Of a stretch of 64,000 nucleotides of DNA, positions 1 through 11,222 are shown piece by piece. A model generated the notes under the pieces. It was given only the letters and a program-made list of their open reading frames with translations. It did not search any database and was not told the origin of the DNA. Position numbers and translations under genes: made by a program. The stretch's first letter is position 1. Every line of letters starts with the position of its first letter. Source of the DNA: Macrostomum lignano (taxonomy: Eukaryota); contig NIVC01002289.1 of assembly GCA_002269645.1 (NCBI GenBank), positions 122,501-186,500 of the forward strand, written 5' to 3'.

Positions 1-2
1 TT

Positions 3-1438
3 CATCACCACCTGCAGCAATATCTGCAGCAGCAGCAGCAGGGCGCCAGCGGCAGCGGCCGGCATCGCAGCCGATCGCTGGACTTTCTATCCGGCCGACC
101 CATTGGCGGCGCCGGTCGCGACAGCGACGACGAGTTCGACAGCGAAGACGAAGAGGACGACGGCCCGGTGATGGTGTCTGGCGGGCCGCGGCCGCCAAGG
201 CAGCGAGGCGCGGCGGCGGCAGCGGGGTCGGCCGGTCGGCAGCACCACGCGGCGCTGCTTCGCCAGCACCTCGGCCTGCCGTCCAGCTTCTACAGATCTG
301 ACATTCGCTGCCCGGTGTGCAGCAAGACGGTGCCGCATGATGAAATCGAGGTGCGCTTTTGCGCCCGAGTTAAAGTGCATTTTCGAGACAGGGAAATGTT
401 TCAGTTTTTAGCACTGAATTAGTTCCCAATATCTCACCTTCTGGACTTCCAAATCGCAAAAAAGCAGGCAGTTGCACTTTCTGAATGGATTTCGCAAAGA
501 TGCTTTTCTGCACAGCGCTAAATGGGGGTTTTTTTCCATAGACAAATCCGGTCGGGAAAAACCCATGTAGAAAAAAAACACTACAGAGACTGGAACAGCT
601 GGAATTTCGACGGAACTTTGCTTGCTTGACGGTTTCCTGTTGCAGTTCATGAATAGAAACAGTTTGATAAACTTGTGAGCGCAGCTCAGGCACAATGCAT
701 GCTGCCAGCTGGCGTCTTTTGTGATTCGGAAGTCCAGAAGCTGAGGTTTTGGGAATTTTTGTTCCTAAAAAACTTGAAATTTTCCCATCTCGCTTCGACA
801 GTGCATTTTTCTGCGACATCTGCGTGTCCAGCGTCTATTTTAAGTACACTGGGTGCCCTTAGTTAAACCTGTCAGGAGTCCCAGTCAGTGGAGTCCCAGT
901 CGGTGAAGTCACAGTCAGTGGAGTCCCAGTCAGTGAAGTCCCAGTCAGTGGAGTCCCAGTCAATGGAGTCCCAGTCAGTGGAGTCATAGTCAGTGGAGTC
1001 CCAGTCAGTGGAGTCCCAGTCAGTGAAGTCCCAGTCAATAGAGTCCCAGTCAGTGAAGTCCCATTTAATGAAGTCAGGCAGTAAAGTGTCAAAAGTAAAC
1101 TGAACTTTCACCCTCAGGTGCACCTGGTCGTGTGCCTCACCAAGCCGCGCATCAGCTACAACGAGGACGTCCTGTCCGAGGACAAAGGCGCCGAGTGCGC
1201 CATCTGCCTGGACGACTTGTGTCAGGGTGACACGATCGCCCGCCTGCCCTGCCTCTGCATCTATCACAAAGGGTGAGCGGAGCTTTCGTTTTCTGATCGG
1301 AATTTAATTGTCGGATTTGTTTCATTATTAATAAATATCATTCGCCGTCACTTCTCGCCTTTGCCATCAATGCTTAGCTGTATCGACGAGTGGTTCAAGC
1401 GGAGTCGCAGCTGCCCGGAGCACCCCGGCGACGGCTGA
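3..1438 (+). CDS. ZNRF2: ZNRF1/2-family RING-H2 E3 ubiquitin ligase, 5'-truncated by the window; exons <3-350, 1118-1272, 1378-1438
   Basis: GT-AG joins give ...IRCPVCSKTVPHDEIE|VHLVVCLTKPRISYNEDVLSEDKGAECAICLDDLCQGDTIARLPCLCIYHKG|CIDEWFKRSRSCPEHPGDG*, the ZNRF zinc finger plus RING-H2 C-terminus. The frame is open from base 3. Confidence 0.93.
384..792. mobile_element. MITE-like element with ~90-bp imperfect inverted arms in ZNRF intron 1
   Basis: The arm at 391-478 (gggaaatgtttcagtttttagcactgaattagttcccaatatctcaccttctggacttcc) is the imperfect reverse complement of 701-786. A related single arm lies at ~30855-30930. No clean TSD. Confidence 0.6.
875..1062. repeat. 15-bp minisatellite (GGAGTCCCAGTCAGT)n
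   Basis: About 12 tandem degenerate copies in ZNRF intron 1. Confidence 0.9.
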
Positions 1439-1641
1439 GGAGCTCGGCACCTTCTGTCAGGATTTTCTACCCCGCTTTCATCAGGCCCCGATGCTCCTGT
1501 TGTGATACTTGCTGTGTTCTTCATTGTGTTCGCCATTGTTAAACAGTGGGTTTATTTTCCAAGAAATGTTTCACTATTGAGTTGTTCATAATCGCAACTT
1601 CCATTTATTTGTACATTTCTTCTCGAATCAGCACCATTTTA

Positions 1642-1765
1642 ACTGACTGACTGACTACTGACTGACTGACTGACTGACTGACTGACTGACTGACTGACTG
1701 ACTGCCTGACTGACTGACTGACTGACTGACTGACTGACTGACTGACTGACTGACTGACTGACTGA
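1642..1765. repeat. (GACT)n microsatellite
   Basis: About 30 copies downstream of the ZNRF stop. Confidence 0.95.
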
Positions 1766-2217
1766 CCAATACCAAATCATCTCTAGTCTCTATTTCAACA
1801 AGGAAGATAAGTGGCATACCACCCTACATATCTGCTAGCAGGCACTTTACACAGTTACAAAATGTGACTTATGTTTATTTTTGCACACGTTTCCAGTATG
1901 CTTCGTGTATATAAATGTAAAGACTACTTTTATGCCCATATTCTGCCTGTTTTATACTTTTATGAATTGCACACAAGAGTTCACCCCACCGTTATTGCTG
2001 CCCTAATGCTTATCCTTAACTTTCTTCTGTTGCTGTCTTATGCCTGACAGGCACTCGCTTAACAGTATGGTTACTGGCTATGCAACCCGAGTTCAGAGTT
2101 GAGTTTTAAATCAAACTAAATTTTGAGAATTGTGTTTTAGCCTATCTATAGCTTAAATATGTTGATTTTTACACAGAGGATCACACATTTTGTTTTTTAG
2201 TTTCGCCACCCGCCCCA

Positions 2218-2941
2218 GTGTGGCACACCCCTGACCAGCCCCGCCCGCCCCAATCAGTGCGCACACCCCTGACCAGCCCCGCCCGCCCCAATCAGTGCGC
2301 ACACCCCTGACCAGCCCCGCCCGCCCCAATCAGTGCGCACACCCCTGACCAGCCCCGCCCGCCCCAATCAGTGTGGCACACCCCTGACCAGCCCCGCCCG
2401 CCCCAATCAGTGTGCGCACACCCCTGACCAGCCCCGCCCGCCCATCCCAATCAGTGCGCGCACCCCTGACCAGCCCCGCCCGCCCATCCCAATCAGTGCG
2501 CGCACCCCTGACCAGCCCCGCCCGCCCATCCCAATCAGTGCGCACCCCCCTGACCAGCCCCGCCCGCCCCAATCAGTGTGCGCACACCCCTGACCAGCCC
2601 CGCCCGCCCATCCCAATCAGTGTGCGCACACCCCTGACCAGCCCCGCCCGCCCATCCCAATCAGTGTGCGCACACCCCTGACCAGCCCCGCCCGCCCATC
2701 CCAATCAGTGCGCACACCCCTGACCAGCCCCGCCCGCCCCAATCAGTGCGCACACCCCTGACCAGCCCCGCCCGCCCCAATCAGTGCGCACACCCCTGAC
2801 CAGCCCCGCCCACCCCAATCAGTGCGCACACCCCTGACCAGCCCCGCCCGCCCATCCCAATCAGTGCGCACACCCCTGACCAGCCCCGCCCGCCCCAATC
2901 AGTGCGCACACCCCTGACCAGCCCCGCCCACCCCAATCAGT
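2218..2941. repeat. 38/42-bp GC-rich minisatellite (CAGTGCGCACACCCCTGACCAGCCCCGCCCGCCCCAAT)n
   Basis: About 18 tandem copies; some carry a 4-bp CCAT insertion. Confidence 0.95.
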
Positions 2942-3709
2942 AAAAACACGGCGCAGATTTGAATCCTGTTCACACTTACTAGTTACTACACCATTTACTT
3001 ATCTTTCCCGTTGCGTACACGGTTGTTATTTTTCTTGTTGTGTCGTTGCTATTCAATCAATGCTGTGCGGCGCATCTTGCTGGAATTGCTACACTTAAGA
3101 GTGATGATGCTACAACTATAATATATTAGATATTCTGTTTGATTGCTTCATTGTTTCATATATATATTTCTCCTTTTGGCTACTTTGCTTGCCTAAAAAT
3201 CCTGCTTCTGATTTTACATCGCCGATACTAGCGACATCGAGCTCTTTAATTTCGTTTCTTTTTTTCGCCATTAGTGAAGTTAAGAATTATTGGTCGGGGT
3301 TAGTTCGTATCTTGTGTCGTGCTGCTGCCACACCTGACCTCCAAAGCAGGTCAGGCAATTTAGGCAAAAGTACACTCATTTATCTCACTGAGGATGACAT
3401 TATTCATTATTAGTCATTATCCAGAGTAGCAGATAGAAGTTAGCTGCGTTTTATAATAAGACAAAATGGTAGTAAATATGTAGTAATTTTGACGTATATT
3501 TAATTGTGTATTGTTTCTTTAACAAGACAAGCGGATTAAAGCCGGTGTCAGCTTTGATATGATTACTAGCACTTATAAAATCAAATGGCAGAACTACGAC
3601 CGACACCGGTTAAAAATAAACTAACAACTACATACGCAGTGCGTGCATGACGGGACCAAGCATTGGTAATTAACAGTCCGAAGTCTATTGGTCCTTGGTT
3701 CGAATGTCT

Positions 3710-4726
3710 ACATGCACCCAGTCTATATGGCTCGGACATCTACCCCATCTCTATAGTTCGGACATCTACCCCTGGTCTATAGCTCGGAAATCTACCCCTG
3801 GTCTATAGCTCGGACATCTACCCCTGGTCTATAGCTCGGACATCTACCCCATGTCTATTGTTCGGACATCTACCCCTGGTCTATAGCTCGGGCATCTACC
3901 CCATGTCTATAGCTCGGGCATCTACCCCTGGTCTATAGCTCGCGCATCTACCCCCGGTCTATAGCTCGCGCATCTACCCCCGGTCTATAGCTCGGGCATC
4001 TACCCCTGGTCTATTGTTCGGACATCTACCCCTGGTCTATAGCTCGGGCATCTACCCCTGGTCTATAGCTCGGGCATCTACCCCTGGTCTATAGCTCGGG
4101 CATCTACCCCTGGTCTATAGCTCGGGCATCTACCCCTGGTCTATAGCTCGGGTATCTACCCCTGGTCTATAGCTCGGGCATCTACCCCCGGTCTATAGCT
4201 CGGACATCTACCCCAGTCTATAGCTCGGACATCTACCCCTGGTCTATAGCTCGGGCATCTACCCCATGTCTATAGCTCGGGCATCTACCCCTGGTCTATA
4301 GCTCGCGCATCTACCCCCGGTCTATAGCTCGCGCATCTACCCCCGGTCTATAGCTCGGGCATCTACCCCTGGTCTATAGCTCGCGCATCTACCCCTGGTC
4401 TATAGCTCGGGCATCTACCCCAAGGACTACTTAAGAACACAGGACGTTACACTTGCAAATATTGGCAGAATTCTAAAGGCCGCTTTGAATGCATGTGTCT
4501 ATGGTTTTAGTGGCCTTTTTGCTTAGTAATTCGCATCGCAGCGTAGCATGATACTCATAACCCATAAGTCTACGTTAGAGCACCAAGCAGACAAGATCGC
4601 AAACAGCTCACTTTATTGTGTTCTATGGATCTCGGACATCTACCACGGTCTATAGCTCGGAAATCTACCCCGGTCTATAGCTCGGACATCTACCCCGGTC
4701 TATAGCTCGGACATCTACCCCTGGTC
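3710..4726. repeat. 26-bp minisatellite (CATCTACCCCTGGTCTATAGCTCGGG)n, interrupted by ~200 bp of unique DNA at 4422-4630
   Basis: About 27 copies at 3710-4421 and about 3-4 more at 4632-4726, next to the mARC stop codon. Confidence 0.92.
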
Positions 4727-4736
4727 TTTCTGTCCC

Positions 4737-7700
4737 TCAAGCATCGGCCAACACCGCCTCTCCGATGGCCACGCGTCCAGGCATCTCCACTGTACAGTCC
4801 ACGCCAAACAGCGGGTTCTTGAACTTCGGCCCACTGCGGTAGGGCGCCAGCGCGGTCAGCACCGGGTTGCCGGACGGAGCCACGGCTCGGTCTCCAGCCG
4901 AGTAATCCAGGTTAACCATGATGCAGCGCTCGCAGGGGAAGGCGGCGGCTAGGATGCAGCCTCCAGCGAAAAAGACGAAGCCCCAGTTGTCCTCCTCGCG
5001 ATCCTGCTGGACCCCTGAGATCACCAGGTTGGGCCGGAAATTGCGCCAATCAACTCCCGGATGCTTGCCAGTCAGGCGGTTGTTCAGAGCCTGAAGATTG
5101 GTTAAATTAAACCAGCCTTAAAATGAAGCTGCAACTTCAAATTGAACCTTGACTGCTTGAGTACCTTGAAATTCCTCAGTTTATCAGTCCCGCCTAATAT
5201 CACAGATAAATGCTCATGATGCTTTACAATCGACCGATATTGTCACTTTCGGCACGAGAAAAACTGTATAAAACCATCTAGATGTATATCGATCAGTGCC
5301 ATCTAGATCAATATCGATCAGTGTCATCTAGATCAATATCGATCAGTGTCATCTAGATCAATATCGATCAGTGTCATCTAGATCAATATCGATCAGTGTC
5401 ATCTAGATCAATATCGATCAGTGTCATCTAGATCAATATCGATCAGTGTCATCTAGATCAATATCGATCAGTGTCATCTAGATCAATATCGATCAGTGTC
5501 ATCTAGATCAATATCGATCAGTGTCATCTAGATCAATATCGATCAGTGTCATCTAGATCAATATCGATCAGTGTCATCTAGATCAATATCGATCAGTGTC
5601 ATCTAGATCAATATCGATCAGTGTCATCTAGATCAATATCGATCAGTGTCATCTAGATCAATATCGATCAGTGTCATCTAGATCAATATCGATCAGTGTC
5701 ATCTAGATCAATATCGATCAGTGTCATCTAGATCAATATCGATCAGTGTCATCTAGATCAATATCGATCAGTGTCATCTAGATCAATATCGATCAGTGTC
5801 ATCTAGATCAATATCGATCAGTGTCATCTAGATCAATATCGATCAGTGTCATCTAGATCAATATCGATCAGTGTCATCTAGATCAATATCGATCAGTGTC
5901 ATCTAGATCAATATCGATCAGTGTCATCTAGATCAATATCGATCAGTGTCATCTAGATCAATATCGATCAGTGTCATCTAGATCAATATCGATCAGTGTC
6001 ATCTAGATCAATATCGATCAGTGTCATCTAGATCAATATCGATCAGTGTCATCTAGATCAATATCGATCAGTGTCATCTAGATCAATATCGATCAGTGTC
6101 ATCTAGATCAATATCGATCAATAAATCTAGGAAATCGCCAGCTCACCTCAAACGACTTGTCCGACACCATCAGAATCGGCGCCTTGTCGGCAAACGCAAT
6201 CCGATTGGCAGAAGTCTCGTGCAGGCTGTCGTACACCTGCAGCATGCCGCCTTGCTTGTCCAGTGCGCGCATCTTGTCGGCCACGCTGCGCTGGTTGCTA
6301 GGGCAGTAAACCTGCGTTTGATGTTATCGGTTTGGAATTACTTGAGAAGATAACGGCAGCACACACTTAGGGACTGGGGGATGGCTGAGGGACTGGTGGG
6401 TAGGCTGAGGGACTGGGATGGCTGAGGGACTGGGATGGCTGAGGGACTGGGATGGCTGAGGGACTGGGATGGCTGAGGGACTGGTGGGTTAGCTGAGGGA
6501 CTGGGATGGCTGAGGGACTGGGATGGCTGAGGGACTGGGATGGCTGAGGGACTGGGATGGCTGAGGGACTGGGATGGCTGAGGGACTGGGATGGCTGAGG
6601 GACTGGGATGGCTGAGGGACTGGCGGGTAGGCTGAGGGACTGGGATGGCTGAAGGACTGGTGGGTAGGCTGAGGGACTGGGATGGCTGAAGGACTGGTGG
6701 GTAGGCTGAGGGACTGGGATGGCTGAAGGACTGGTGGGTAGGCTGAGGGACTGGGATGGCTGAGGGACTGGTGGGTAGGCTGAGGGACTGGGATGGCTGA
6801 AGGACTGGGATGGCTGAAGGACTGGGATTGCTGAAGGACTGGGATGGCTGAAGGACTGGGATGGCTGAAGGACTGGGATGGCTGAAGGACTGGGATGGCT
6901 GAAGGACTGGTGGGTAGGCTGAGGGACTGGGATGGCTGAGGGACTGGGATGGCTGAGGGACTGGGATGACTGAGGGACTGGGATGGCTGAGGGACTGGTG
7001 GGTTAGCTGAGGGACTGGGATGGCTGAGGGACTGGGATGGCTGAGGGACTGGGATGGCTGAGGGACTGGGATGGCTGAGGGACTGGGATGGCTGAGGGAC
7101 TGGGATGGCTGAAGGACTGGTGGGTAGGCTGAGGGACTGGTGGGTTAGCTGAGGGACTGGTGGGTAGGCTGAGGGACTGGTGGGTTAGCTGAGAACTGAA
7201 GTCCCATTCACACCGCCATAAATTCGAAAGCTACAATCATTCTGCAGATGCACAAACTATTGCATTTTAAAAACGTTTGAGTAAACTCATTAATTGGAAT
7301 ATTTTGTATCAGTTTTCGTCTCTTTAACTAATTAACTAGCGGTGTAAGCCTAGCCTCTTGACAGGGGAGCAGTGCTGACTGGTTAAAGCAGGGGTCGGCA
7401 AACTCCGGCCGCGAAGCCTCTCTATCCGGCCCTCGGGTCCTTTGAAACTTCTCTCCTCTCTCTTCTCCTGTCTCTCCTCATCTCTTTCTTCTCCTGTCTC
7501 TCCTCTCTCTTCTCCTGTCTCTCCTCATCTCTTTCTTCTCCTGTCTCTCCTCTCTCTTCTCCTGTCTCTCCTTCCTCCGGTCTCTCCTCTCCACTCTTCT
7601 CTCCTCTCCTCTCTCCTCTCTTCTTAGCTCCTCTACTCTCACTTCTCTCTTCTTACTCTCCACTCACTTCTTTCTCTTCTCCTCTCTCCCTCTCATCTGA

Positions 7701-8302
7701 CCCGCAGCCAAGAGCTAGAGTTTTTATCTGGCCCTTGAAGTAAGAAAGTTTGCCGACCCCTGGTTTAAAGAGATTAAGAAGTAACAGTGAGCCACAATGC
7801 AGACCAGTCGCAGGTCCTGGCGGTTGCAGACGGAGTTCAACCAGGCGGCCACCTCGTCGCCGCAGTCCAAGCCCGAATGCTTCTCGCCCTTGAAGTCGAA
7901 TGTCACCGGCCGGTTGAGCCGCACCGGGTCGGGCACCGGCACAGACTCGTGCCCGTCCGCGGTGAGAAGAATCCGGCCCAGCCTGTCGGGATCCAGGGCC
8001 GGCTGCACCTGGTGCAGGGTGGGGAACACCTTCAGGCTGACAAACTTATTGTCGGCGCTGCTGAGCACCAGGTAGCTGCGGTCGCGAACTTCCCGCCAGC
8101 AGATTCCGCCGTCGCGAATTTCTGCTTCAGGCAGGGCGAAGCCGCGGCAAGACTTCACAGGGTAGATGAGAATTTGTTGCACCTGGCCAACTCGGCTTTT
8201 GGCTCGGCGAGTGCTGACGTAGTACCAGGCCAGGTTCTTCAATACGAAGCAGGCAGCTACGCCAACCAGCTCCGCAAACCTCTGCTGCTGGGAGTCAGTC
8301 AT
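4737..8302 (-). CDS. MTARC: MOSC-domain protein, mitochondrial amidoxime-reducing component (mARC)-like, ~338 aa; exons 8302-7805, 6311-6147, 5090-4737
   Basis: N-terminal hydrophobic anchor, IYPVKSC, DRSYLV, LDCGDEVAAWL, AFADKAPIL, FRPNLVI, PCERC (Moco-binding Cys) and NPLFG. Three exons join in phase 0 at GT-AG sites. Confidence 0.92.
5275..6120. repeat. 25-bp minisatellite (GATCAGTGTCATCTAGATCAATATC)n
   Basis: About 33 essentially identical copies in mARC intron 2. Confidence 0.97.
6368..7195. repeat. 17/21-bp G-rich minisatellite (GACTGGGATGGCTGAGG)n
   Basis: About 45 copies in mARC intron 1. Confidence 0.95.
7389..7762. mobile_element. Non-autonomous hAT (Charlie-like) MITE with CT-rich interior
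   Basis: TIRs CAGGGGTCGGCAAACT / AGTTTGCCGACCCCTG. The 8-bp flanks GGTTAAAG (7381-7388) and GTTTAAAG (7763-7770) match at 7 of 8 positions, consistent with a TSD. Confidence 0.8.
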
Positions 8303-8836
8303 GGCTTGCGAGTTCGATTTAGTGTTGATTCTAACTGCTTTCGAATGCGACTTGTTTTTTACTTTAAATTGTCTTGGCTGACTTCTTTCTATAGTTTAAA
8401 GTCCACTCGAAGTCGCACACTAGTGAAGCATGTCCCGATTATGCTCTCTTCAATTAGTGATGCGGGGCTGCGTACGCAGGTGTGGCATGGACTGGAAAGA
8501 TAGCGGTTTTAAAAAGAAGGGGTAGAGAGAACTGCGTACGTTGCTATTTAAATTGGCTTCAAAAAACGCTCTCTCAATTGGCCATGGCTATCGGTATCAG
8601 TCTAGCTAGCGAGAATAAATGTACAGTCAGTCAGTGTACATTGCCTAAGAGAATAAGAGTAGAGGGGGTGAGACACGAAGTCCAGGTTAGTCCTCTTATA
8701 CCACGTGAATTAGGGTTTTAAACCAGTTCAGACTTCAATTGGAAATTGGAAGAGGTCTTTTATAGTTAGTTCACGCTAGTGCAAGGATAAGGAGGGCTGG
8801 ATTGATAATTACGAGTAAAAGGCGGGAAAGCAAGCA

Positions 8837-9246
8837 ACGTATGAAACATTCGCCGACACTTATTCAGACACTTTTACAGACACTTTATTTTCTGTCGTAC
8901 GAATCGTAGGATTGTAGGAACAAGCATTAAATTAGTTTATTCCTAACAAACTATCAGTAAACTGCTTTATTTTAAGCTTTTTTTGCTTTATTTTATTAAA
9001 TATGAATTAGGAAGTGTCCTGGAACGTATTAAACATTCTTCTTCACGTGAAGACAATTTATGCAGAATAACAAATTTCATGATTCATATTTAAAAAAATA
9101 AAGCAAAAAAAGCTTAAACTAAAGCAGTTTACTAAAGCAGTTTATTAGGAATAAACAAATTTATTGCTTGTTCCTACGATTCGTACGAAAGAAACTAAAG
9201 TGTCTGTAGAAGTGTCTGAATAAGTGTCGGCGAATGTTTAATACGT
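8837..9246. mobile_element. Foldback/MITE-like element with ~165-bp inverted arms and a ~70-bp spacer
   Basis: 8837-~9005 (acgtatgaaacattcgccgacacttattcagacac...) is the reverse complement of ~9080-9246 (...gtgtctgaataagtgtcggcgaatgtttaatacgt). Confidence 0.75.
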
Positions 9247-9450
9247 CGGAAAGCAGTCACATGATGAAATTTGTACATGTGGTAAATGTACATTGAGGAG
9301 CAGCTGTGTGGAATAATGGCCGATCGTTACTGTGTCGGGGTGAAAGTAAAGGACAATGATAGACGAGTATTGCTCTTATTGGTAGCTAGCTACCACTAAA
9401 CAATCTCATTGCCCCCCCTTTGGCGCCCAATAAGAAAAAGACGAAAATTT

Positions 9451-9545
9451 CCCGTATCGTTATTTTTCGTCACTACCTCCCCGTACCGGGAGTGGATAAT
9501 TTGCGCACCTGCTGCCTTCCTTAGATGCGGTAGCCGTTTCTCAGG
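9451..9545 (-). pseudogene. Isolated ~95-nt fragment of eukaryotic 18S rRNA
   Basis: The reverse complement reads CCTGAGAAACGGCTACCGCATCTAAGGAAGGCAGCAGGTGCGCAAATTATCCACTCCCGGTACGGGGAGGTAGTGACGAAAAATAACGATACGGG, a conserved 18S core segment. The flanks are not rDNA. Confidence 0.9.
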
Positions 9546-9993
9546 ATTTATGTGAATCCTTTAATTATACGGAAAACACATTTTTAAAAAGCATTCCTAT
9601 TTCTTTTTAATAAATCACCTTATTCGAGGAACATATTTTAAAGAATGGAAATATTTTTTTGAATAAACTACGAGTACATATTGCTTCTGACCTCTCAGTC
9701 TCAGCCTTGACATCTCAGCAATCCCCCCAGTAAGCCTTGAAATCTCAGTGGGTCCCCAGTAAGCCCCCCTCGACATTTCAGCAATCTAGTGGGTGACCCC
9801 TATTCGGGACGGCCAATAAGCTAGGAGCAAAAATTATTCATGTAAATCCATTAAAAAGGCACATTTTCTTAAGAAACAATTCCTTCTTGACTTCAGTTTT
9901 TTAAATCACCTTATTCGAGTAAAATTGTCATGGTCAAAGATGTTTTTTATGAATCTCTTTTTTTCTAAATGTAACAAAGGAACATAACAATAT

Positions 9994-10165
9994 GCGCAAT
10001 AATCCTTTTGATCATCTAGTTCAATAATCATTTTCTCATCTAGCGCAATAATCCTTTTGATCATCTAGTTCAATAATCATTTTCTCATCTAGCGCAATAA
10101 TCCTTTTGATCATCTAGTTCAATAATCATTTTCTCTTCTAGTTCAATAAACCTTCTCTCATCTGT
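9994..10165. repeat. 49-bp tandem repeat, about 3.5 copies
   Basis: GCGCAATAATCCTTTTGATCATCTAGTTCAATAATCATTTTCTCATCTA repeated. Confidence 0.9.
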
Positions 10166-10766
10166 GCAATTATAGAGTAAGACTATGTGTTCAGGTGCAT
10201 GCTAGCAAAATAAAAAGCTAGCATCAGTAGTATGTAACCTTAATAACTCAAACGTGTATTCCGTAATTTTGTTATGCAATAAAAACCGACTTCTACCATT
10301 GGAAATTCCGTTGCGCCGTAGCCGTAGGAAGGCTCTTGACGTAGTCGCCAGTAGGATGCCTGTAGCATGTGCGGGCTCGCTTTTGAGCTCAAAGCTTTTT
10401 AACTCAGTGTGCAGGGTGTACACGCACTGCGATGGAGTGCTGCTTTGCAGGCAGGTGATCAACTTGCTCGTCGCCAACTTTGCGGGTAGCAAAGGTTGCT
10501 GCGCCACCCAACGAGTTCGCCGGGAGCAAGAGATTTTCCCGCCGAGATTTGGCCGCAAGCGAATTGCGCGCCGAGTTTTTTTCCGCCGAGGTTTGCCCGC
10601 AAAGTATTTTCCTGCAGCGCATTTGGCCACGCGACAAATTTTGTCTGCATTGCCTCATTAATGCTTAGTAAGTCTTAATAGAGAGATTGACCCGATTAAA
10701 ACGTTGTGATAGTAACTGCATATCAAATTCATATTTTTCTGTATGTATTCAGTTCGGGTACGCTTC

Positions 10767-11222
10767 ATAAGCGCGCAGTGGCACATGCGCGCACTAGCAG
10801 AGGCGCGCACCGGCACAATAGCGCAGCAGCACAAGAGCGCACAGGCAGAGGCGCGCACTTTTGACACGCTGTGGCATAAGCGCGCTGTCAGACTTTGGTG
10901 CAAGAGCGCATTATTTACTCGCTAAGGCACAAGCGAGTAAAATTTAATTCGATTTCCTTCGTACAAATACAATCGACTACTTTGTGACAGACGATGGAGC
11001 AACTTGACTGCTTTTATTAATTGCATTGCGCGCTTGTGCTAATCTCAGACAGCGCGCTTATGCCAGTGCGGTCTTGTGATGGTGCGCGCTTGTGCCAATG
11101 CTGAGCACTTTCTACCGCGCTCTTGTGCAAGTCAAAACGTGCGCACTTATGCCTCTGCGCGCCTGCATGTGCCAGACTTTGACATAAAATACACAGGCGC
11201 GCTTGTGCCGGTGCGCGCTTAT
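10767..11222. mobile_element. Degenerate inverted-repeat element built of GCGCGC/GCACAAG submotifs
   Basis: The left end ataagcgcgcagtggcacatgcgcgc pairs with the right end gcgcgcttgtgccggtgcgcgcttat. An exact 18-bp inverted pair, tggcataagcgcgctgtc / gacagcgcgcttatgcca, lies inside. Confidence 0.55.

Noticed and set aside
7787-8503. 238-aa plus-strand ORF (also 21118-21924, 23375-23956, 37692-38256 and 44454-45078)
   Set aside because: These are antisense shadows of GC-rich real coding sequences, with no independent motifs.
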